Assembly: GCA_035285865.1 (NCBI GenBank)
Contig: JAYKHS010000003.1
Span: 158,016-222,015 of the forward strand
DNA from: Candidatus Sericytochromatia bacterium
GTDB taxonomy: Bacteria > Cyanobacteriota > Sericytochromatia > S15B-MN24 > VGJW01
Length of the DNA: 64,000 bases
Reading direction: 5' to 3'
Below are positions 58,342-64,000 of this stretch, piece by piece. The notes beneath the pieces were generated by a model that saw only the letters and a list, made by a program, of their open reading frames with translations, did no database searches and was not told the DNA's origin. Every line of letters begins with the position of its first letter. Position 1 is the stretch's first letter. The position numbers and the translations under genes were made by a program.

Positions 58342-59685
58342 TCAACCCAGAGTTTCCCGGATGGCCGCAAGTCGGCTCGCGACCTGCTCGGGATGGTGCC
58401 AGACATCAACCGGCCCGATTGGCACGGGCAGGCGCGCGATCCATTCGGCCCAGGCAGCACCGGATGCATCGAGCAGGCCACGTACTTCCAGAGCTGCCAA
58501 CCAGCGATGCAGGCGACCACCTGCCAGCACGAGGTGATGATGACGAACGCCGACGCCATGGCGCACGGCCATGTCGATCGGATGCAACACGGGTGCTGCG
58601 TGCAGCCACAGGTCGTGGTCGCCGGGCGGGCGAACCATGCCGTCCACGGCAAGGTCCACACCCGCAGGCATGCGGTCGGCGACCGCCTCGCCGACCTCGG
58701 GCGTCGCCACGGCGAGCAGCACCCGGCGATGACTGGTGGCCACGAGCGCGTGCAGTGCCGGCTCGGCCGACAGCCCGACCTCCCGGACCTCGAGACCGGC
58801 GCGGAGCAGCGAGAGCAGGCGGGCCTTGGCGAGCGGCTCGTGCTCCGTATCGAGAAGCGGGGCCGCCAAGTGATGCATGGCCGAAGGCCAGGCCTCGGCC
58901 GTGGCCAGAAGGCGCACCCAGGCCTCGGCCGTCTCACCACCGCCCAGACGACCCGTCTCGACCAGCCAGTCCGTGGTGATGGCCACCTCGGCCAGCAGGG
59001 TTTCTTCAGCGGCCGATGGCCGAACGATCGTCAATCGCGCCTCGACGGGTGGCGGCGAGGGATCCGCATCGGCCTCCGTGACCAGCAGCTCCTCCTCGAG
59101 CCGCGCGAGCGGCACGTCACGCTTGCCCAGCCAATCGGCCATGGCCGACAACGAGCTTGAAACTGGCCAAGGCCGGGGCGCGAGCAACACCACGCGTCGG
59201 ACGCCCTTCGGCGCAGGCAACACATCGAGTCCTCGATCGCATCGATCGACGAGCCATCCCGTGAAAGTCTCTTCCGGCAGGGGAGCCCCCTGGACCACGA
59301 GTTGGACGCGAGAGCCGACCTCGGCAAGAGCCCGCCGCCATGCCTCGACCCGGCCGGGTGCCGCCAACACCAGAATGCGTCCCTGGTCGCGAACGAGCCA
59401 CTCCCGCAGCAACAGCTCGGCTACTCCCCAGGGACCGATGCGTTCCGGCCACGCCAGTATTGCCCTGTCGCCGCATCGGCCCACGACGGCGCGCACTGCC
59501 CGCTCCTCGGCCTCGCCGACCGGCCGGGTGCAGGGCAAAGCCGTCCGCGACAGGAGCTCCTCGCGCGGCCAGGTATCCCGCATGCGCGCAGCCACGCCAG
59601 CCAGCCTCGCCCATTCACCGGGCGCGTAAGCCCCCCTGTCGGCCCGCTCGAGTCGGTCCGTCGCGTCCACGTACACACGCTTCAT
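58342..59685 (-). CDS. Degenerate SNF2/YqhH-like helicase (motifs eroded)
   Basis: RAILAWPERIGPWGVAELLLREWLVR..RILVLAAPGRVEAW aligns with KAILADEVGLGKTIEAGLILKEY..R..KVLILVPASLV.QW; WLVDRCDR at DEAH; LLAPRP at LTATP. Confidence 0.6.
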   Translation of the reverse strand: MKRVYVDATDRLERADRGAYAPGEWARLAGVAARMRDTWPREELLSRTALPCTRPVGEAEERAVRAVVGRCGDRAILAWPERIGPWGVAELLLREWLVRDQGRILVLAAPGRVEAWRRALAEVGSRVQLVVQGAPLPEETFTGWLVDRCDRGLDVLPAPKGVRRVVLLAPRPWPVSSSLSAMADWLGKRDVPLARLEEELLVTEADADPSPPPVEARLTIVRPSAAEETLLAEVAITTDWLVETGRLGGGETAEAWVRLLATAEAWPSAMHHLAAPLLDTEHEPLAKARLLSLLRAGLEVREVGLSAEPALHALVATSHRRVLLAVATPEVGEAVADRMPAGVDLAVDGMVRPPGDHDLWLHAAPVLHPIDMAVRHGVGVRHHHLVLAGGRLHRWLAALEVRGLLDASGAAWAEWIARLPVPIGPVDVWHHPEQVASRLAAIRETLG

Positions 59686-59753
59686 ACCGCCGATTGTGGC
59701 GGTCAGGCAGGAGAAGCTCGGTGACGGCCGTCAATCGGACGGACGCAATCACG

Positions 59754-61172
59754 TCACGTCGACGGTTCGCTCAGGATCTCGCCAAGCTGCTCGATGTGCC
59801 GCTCACAGGCCTTGCGGAAGTAGGCAACGGAGAAGCCCCCCAGCAAGGCCGGGGCGGGCTCGACCTGACCGGCGTCCATGCGGGCAAGGCAACTGCGGTA
59901 TTCACGGATGGCTTCGTCCCAGCGATCAAGCGACCGGTAGGACTCGGCGAGGTGGAAGGGGGCCAACCAATCATCAGGCTGGAGATAGGCTGCAGCCCGG
60001 AACGTGTGGACGGCCTCCTGATAGGAGCCCTGAAGACGCCGGGCAAGGCCGAGCAGGAAGTGCGCCGCGGGCCGACAGGGATCCTCTTCGAGGGCGGCCT
60101 GGCAAAGCACCACGGCATCGGCCAGATTCCCCACGTCGATGAGCATCAAGGCTTCACCCAGCAGACCCTCATCAGGCGATGGCTCCTCGGCCACCTCCGC
60201 ACGGAAAGGAAGCGGCTGAAGCGGACCGGTGCCACCGTGGTAGGGGGCTCGCGGCGCAGCCCCGAGGAAACCCGTGGCGCGGCGGAACTCGGCGGCGCGA
60301 ACGGCCCGGGGCAGGGGCATGTCCGGCGGCATCGAGCCGGGGACGGAATCCGCAGGCCTGCGGTAGTAGAAGAGGCCATCCCGCTGTTCGAGCCGGAGCG
60401 CACCGGCATCATGCAGGACCGTCTCGGCAGGGCCGAGCAACAGCGCGCCGCCCGGTGCCACGCAAGCGGCAAGCTTGCGGTTGACGGAGCGGCAGGTGTC
60501 CTTGGCGAAGTATGCGAGGACATTGCGGCAGAACACGATGTCCGCCTGGCCCTCGAGCAGGGTCTGGTAGCCCTCGTCCGGCACCAGGTTGTGGGACGCG
60601 AACGTCACCATCTCGCGTACCTCGGCCTTCACGCGGTAGCCATCGGGCTCCACCTCCAGCCAAGGCGCCAGATCCTCGACGGTGGAGCCACGGAAGCTGC
60701 GCTTCAGGAAGAGGCCCTCCCGTGCGCGCTGGATGAAGGCCGGGTTGAGATCAGTCGCCAGAATCCGGATGCGGAGGGGAGCCTCGTCGCCCAGCACGCG
60801 ACGCGCCACGATCGCGAGGCTGTAGGCTTCCTCGCCCGTCGAGCAACCAGCCACCCAGGCGACCACCGGACGAGACAATTCACGCAGCATCTGCGGCAGC
60901 AACACCTCCTCCACGAGGCGGAAGTGCAGGGGATCGCGGAAAAACCACGTCTCGCCCACGGCCGCCATCCGGATGAGATCCGCCTCGTGAGCACCCGGAT
61001 CGGCCGCGAGACGGGCAGCTGTGTCTTCAGGCTCCTCGCCGGGTCGCGCCAGACGTTCCAGCGCCATGTCGGCCATCTCGCCGTCGAGAACGCGGCCGTA
61101 GCGCTGGGCGATCAGGCGGGCGACGACCGTCCGGGGGGCCGGGGCCGGGGTCAAGAGGTCCTGTTGGGACAA
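59754..61172 (-). CDS. cheR: CheR-type methyltransferase with C-terminal TPR
   Basis: [46 protein letters not shown] helices; start uncertain (61172 or 61220). Confidence 0.88.
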   Translation of the reverse strand: MSQQDLLTPAPAPRTVVARLIAQRYGRVLDGEMADMALERLARPGEEPEDTAARLAADPGAHEADLIRMAAVGETWFFRDPLHFRLVEEVLLPQMLRELSRPVVAWVAGCSTGEEAYSLAIVARRVLGDEAPLRIRILATDLNPAFIQRAREGLFLKRSFRGSTVEDLAPWLEVEPDGYRVKAEVREMVTFASHNLVPDEGYQTLLEGQADIVFCRNVLAYFAKDTCRSVNRKLAACVAPGGALLLGPAETVLHDAGALRLEQRDGLFYYRRPADSVPGSMPPDMPLPRAVRAAEFRRATGFLGAAPRAPYHGGTGPLQPLPFRAEVAEEPSPDEGLLGEALMLIDVGNLADAVVLCQAALEEDPCRPAAHFLLGLARRLQGSYQEAVHTFRAAAYLQPDDWLAPFHLAESYRSLDRWDEAIREYRSCLARMDAGQVEPAPALLGGFSVAYFRKACERHIEQLGEILSEPST

Positions 61173-61333
61173 GGCAGCATCTCCCTGCCCGACGGATGCG
61201 ACCGCCGGACAATCCCCCATGTTATGCCCGCCGTGGCCTCTATCTGCACCCCGGGAGCGTGAACCTCGAAGTTTGTCACCTCATCCGGGCCTCAGGCACA
61301 ATGTCGGGCAATCCCGATCCCAAGGAGCACCCC

Positions 61334-63292
61334 ATGGCCCAGGAACCCGCCGCGATCGCCTCGGTGCTGCAGGAAACCCGATCGTTTCCCCCGCCCGAGG
61401 CTTTCAGCCACAACGCAGTCGTCGGGGATGCCGAGCGTCACGAGCGCCTGCAGTCCCTGTCCCGCGAGGCTCCCGAAGTCTTCTGGCGCGAGGTGGCGCG
61501 GGAACTCCACTGGTTCAAGCCTTTCACGAGCGTCCGGAGCGGTTCGGGACCCGACACGCGATGGTTCGAGGACGGGACGACCAACCTTGCCTACAACTGC
61601 CTCGACAGACACCTCGACGGCCCCGCGCGCAACCGTGCGGCCCTGATCTGGGAGGGAGAGCCCGGCGACACCCGGACGCTCACGTACCTCGAGCTGCACC
61701 GTGAGGTCTGCCGGATGGCCAACGTCCTGGCCGGACTGGGCCTCGCCAAGGGTGACAGGGTCGGCATCTACATGCCGATGGTGCCCGAGGCAGCCATCGC
61801 GATGCTCGCTTGCGCTCGGCTGGGCCTTGTCCACTCCGTGGTCTTCGGGGGCTTCAGCGCGGAGTCGCTCAAGGACCGCATGAACGATGCCGGAGCTCGG
61901 GTGATCATCACGGCGGACGGCGGATGGCGCCGCGGCCAGGTGGTGCCCCTGAAGGCTCAGGTCGACGCGGCGGCGCACTCCATTCCCTCGCTCGAACATG
62001 TCCTGGTCGTGCGCCGGACTGGAACGGCCGTCGACTGGACCGAGGGCCGGGATCTCTGGTGGCACGAGCGCCGCGCCGAAGCGGACGAACGTCACGAGGC
62101 TGTCGCGGTAGGGGCCGAGGAACGCCTGTTCATCCTCTACACGAGCGGCACGACCGGCAAACCCAAGGGCCTGGTCCACACGACCGGCGGCTACATGACC
62201 CAAGTCTTCCTGACCTCGCGGTTCATCTTCGATCTCAAGGAGCAGGACGTCTACTGGTGTACCGCCGATGTCGGCTGGATCACGGGACACAGCTACGTCG
62301 TCTATGGGCCCCTGCTGTCCGGGGCGACCGTGTTCATGTATGAGGGTGCCCCGCTGCATCCGGGCCCCGACCGCTTCTGGTCGATGATTGCACGCTGGGG
62401 GGTGACGATTCTCTACACCGCCCCGACCGCCATCCGGACGTTCATGCGCCTTGGCGACGAATATCCCGCCGGCCACGACATGAGCACGCTGCGTCTGCTG
62501 GGCACGGTGGGCGAACCCATCAATCCGGAAGCGTGGATGTGGTACCACAGGGTCATCGGCGGCACCCGCTGCCCGGTGGTCGACACGTGGTGGCAGACGG
62601 AAACAGGTGCCATCATGATTGCGCCCCTCCCCGGCGTCACGACCACGCGGCCCGGCTCGGCGACCCACCCCTTCTTCGGCATACGGCCGGACATCGTGGA
62701 CGGACAGGGCCAGCCCGTGCCCGACGGCCAGGGTGGCTATCTGGTGATGCGCGAACCCTGGCCTTCGATGGCGCGTACCATCCACGGAGATCACGATCGT
62801 TACCTGGCCCAGTACTGGTCGCAGGTTCCCGGGAGCTACTTCACCGGAGACGGGGCACGACGCGATGCCGACGGCTACTACTGGATCATGGGTCGGGTGG
62901 ACGACGTCATCAACGTGGCCGGACACCGCCTCGGGACCATGGAAATCGAGTCCGCCCTCGTCAGCCACGAGACCGTGGCAGAAGCGGCGGTGGTCGGCCG
63001 TCCGGACGAGGTCAAGGGCACGGCCGTGGTGGCCTTCGTGACGCTCAAGGCCGGCCGCAAGGGAAATGAAGCCCTGATGGCCGACCTGAAGCATCACGTG
63101 GCCCGGGAGATCGGGGCCATCGCTCGCCCGGAGGAGATCCGGTTCACGGACGCTTTGCCCAAGACGCGTTCCGGCAAGATCATGCGTCGGCTGCTTCGCG
63201 AGTTGGCCGCCGGCGGCGAGGCCTTCGGCGATACCACCACGCTCGAGGATCTGTCCGTGCTCGCAGCCCTGCGACAGGACGACGAAGGGTGA
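61334..63292 (+). CDS. acs: Acetyl-CoA synthetase
   Basis: [58 protein letters not shown]. Confidence 0.97.
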   Translation: MAQEPAAIASVLQETRSFPPPEAFSHNAVVGDAERHERLQSLSREAPEVFWREVARELHWFKPFTSVRSGSGPDTRWFEDGTTNLAYNCLDRHLDGPARNRAALIWEGEPGDTRTLTYLELHREVCRMANVLAGLGLAKGDRVGIYMPMVPEAAIAMLACARLGLVHSVVFGGFSAESLKDRMNDAGARVIITADGGWRRGQVVPLKAQVDAAAHSIPSLEHVLVVRRTGTAVDWTEGRDLWWHERRAEADERHEAVAVGAEERLFILYTSGTTGKPKGLVHTTGGYMTQVFLTSRFIFDLKEQDVYWCTADVGWITGHSYVVYGPLLSGATVFMYEGAPLHPGPDRFWSMIARWGVTILYTAPTAIRTFMRLGDEYPAGHDMSTLRLLGTVGEPINPEAWMWYHRVIGGTRCPVVDTWWQTETGAIMIAPLPGVTTTRPGSATHPFFGIRPDIVDGQGQPVPDGQGGYLVMREPWPSMARTIHGDHDRYLAQYWSQVPGSYFTGDGARRDADGYYWIMGRVDDVINVAGHRLGTMEIESALVSHETVAEAAVVGRPDEVKGTAVVAFVTLKAGRKGNEALMADLKHHVAREIGAIARPEEIRFTDALPKTRSGKIMRRLLRELAAGGEAFGDTTTLEDLSVLAALRQDDEG

Positions 63293-63324
63293 CAGGAGGA
63301 CGGCCCACTGCCTAGAATGGAGGC

Positions 63325-63441
63325 ATGGCCGTCGCGCGACCCGAAACCAGCTGCCAGCCGGAGCCCAGTCCCGAGCTGCTCGCTTGCTTGGCCGTGCTGG
63401 ACGCTCGACTGGGCATGCTCGAGGCATCGCTGGGGCTCTGA
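63325..63441 (+). CDS. Putative 38-aa small protein (absent from the ORF track)
   Basis: TAGAAT-GGAGGC-ATG, then MAVARPETSCQPEPSPELLACLAVLDARLGMLEASLGL*. Confidence 0.4.
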   Translation: MAVARPETSCQPEPSPELLACLAVLDARLGMLEASLGL

Positions 63442-63474
63442 AGCCCTTCCCGGTCCACGCCGGGGCCTCGCAAT

Positions 63475-63792
63475 TCAGCGGGGAATCGGCGGCCCGACCA
63501 GAACTTCGTCGCCCTCTACCCTGACCGGGAAGCGGGTCACGCAGAGGTCGGGACTACCGGGCATCTCTCCAGTCGTGACGTCGAACGGCCAACCGTGCAG
63601 AGGGCAATAGAGGTTCCGTCCCTCGAGGAACCCCTTGGACAGGGGGCCACCCCGATGCGGGCAAGCATCGTCGATGGCCCAGAATTCACCGTCGACGCGG
63701 ACCACGACCACCTCATGCTCCCCGACCGTGACTACCTGCCACGTCCCCTCGGGAATCTCGTCCACCCGGCCTGCCAGTACCCATGCGTTCAT
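63475..63792 (-). CDS. Rieske [2Fe-2S] ferredoxin (NirD/MocE-like)
   Basis: CPHRGGPL and CPLHGWPFD. Confidence 0.92.
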   Translation of the reverse strand: MNAWVLAGRVDEIPEGTWQVVTVGEHEVVVVRVDGEFWAIDDACPHRGGPLSKGFLEGRNLYCPLHGWPFDVTTGEMPGSPDLCVTRFPVRVEGDEVLVGPPIPR

Positions 63793-63828
63793 GTCAGGCA
63801 TGCTAGCAGGTCCGGTTAAGCAAACAGC

Positions 63829-63999
63829 CTAGCCTCCCGCATCTCCGACCTCGACCCGGACGATCCGGAAGGCGAGTCTCATCTCCAAAATCTCGGTCAT
63901 GACCCCGGCAAGCAACCCGGAAAGACCAACGAGAAAGCACATCTCGGCCCCCTGTCGCCAAGCCCCGGCGACGCCACGAGCCGCAAAAGCCAGCGCCAA
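63829..63999 (-). CDS. C-terminal fragment of a membrane protein (possibly DUF2721-like), continues beyond window
   Basis: Open frame LALAFAARG...MCFLVGLSGLLAGVMTEILEMRLAFRIVRVEVGDAGG*. Confidence 0.45.
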   Translation of the reverse strand: MALAFAARGVAGAWRQGAEMCFLVGLSGLLAGVMTEILEMRLAFRIVRVEVGDAGG

Positions 64000-64000
64000 G

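Noticed and set aside
52954..59685. One anti-phage defence island (STAND ATPase plus helicase)
   Set aside because: The two parts are convergent, separate units; the cyclase-ATPase-TPR architecture is a common signalling type and no nuclease effector or compositional shift was seen.
959..63427. Many long alternative-frame or antisense ORFs (e.g. 959-2626, 8447-10168, 16240-17967, 29428-31101, 59340-61262, 61292-63427)
   Set aside because: They shadow genes with clear family motifs; stop codons are scarce in high-GC DNA.

Overview
High-GC bacterial chromosome segment made mostly of housekeeping genes, with no visible mobile element, CRISPR array or rRNA. Left to right: partial GltP symporter, two paralogous Gly/aromatic-rich lipoproteins, etfBA, tRNA-Leu(CAG), a complete nuo operon (A,B,CD,E-N; minus strand), Nudix hydrolase, DEDDh exonuclease, a lipoprotein, a degenerate endonuclease V, an orphan PilC/GspF-like protein, uvrA, an Opp/Dpp ABC transporter, thiolase, an orphan histidine kinase, an S8 protease lipoprotein, two more lipoproteins, ribH/ribBA/riboflavin synthase, glcDE, a divergent MlaEEFD set, a second pair of paralogous lipoproteins, GNAT, ccdA, an RHH-like protein plus a zinc-ribbon/cyclase/ATPase/TPR protein, a YqhG-like Cys-rich protein paired with a motif-eroded SNF2 (YqhH-like) protein, CheR-TPR, acs and a Rieske ferredoxin. 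A UvrA motif hints at a non-photosynthetic relative of Cyanobacteria such as Sericytochromatia (inference only). Best leads: (1) the SNF2 pseudo-helicase plus YqhG/poly-zinc-finger module; (2) a shared sigma-28-like promoter (CGCAAG-N15/16-GCCGATAW) and 11-bp-phased direct repeats upstream of three exported lipoprotein genes; (3) two families of low-complexity G/Y/W/P lipoproteins; (4) apparent pseudo-enzymes (EndoV, cyclase Asn->Ala); (5) recurrent leaderless promoter geometry that exposes an unannotated 38-aa ORF. Family calls come from motif recognition by eye; no searches were run.
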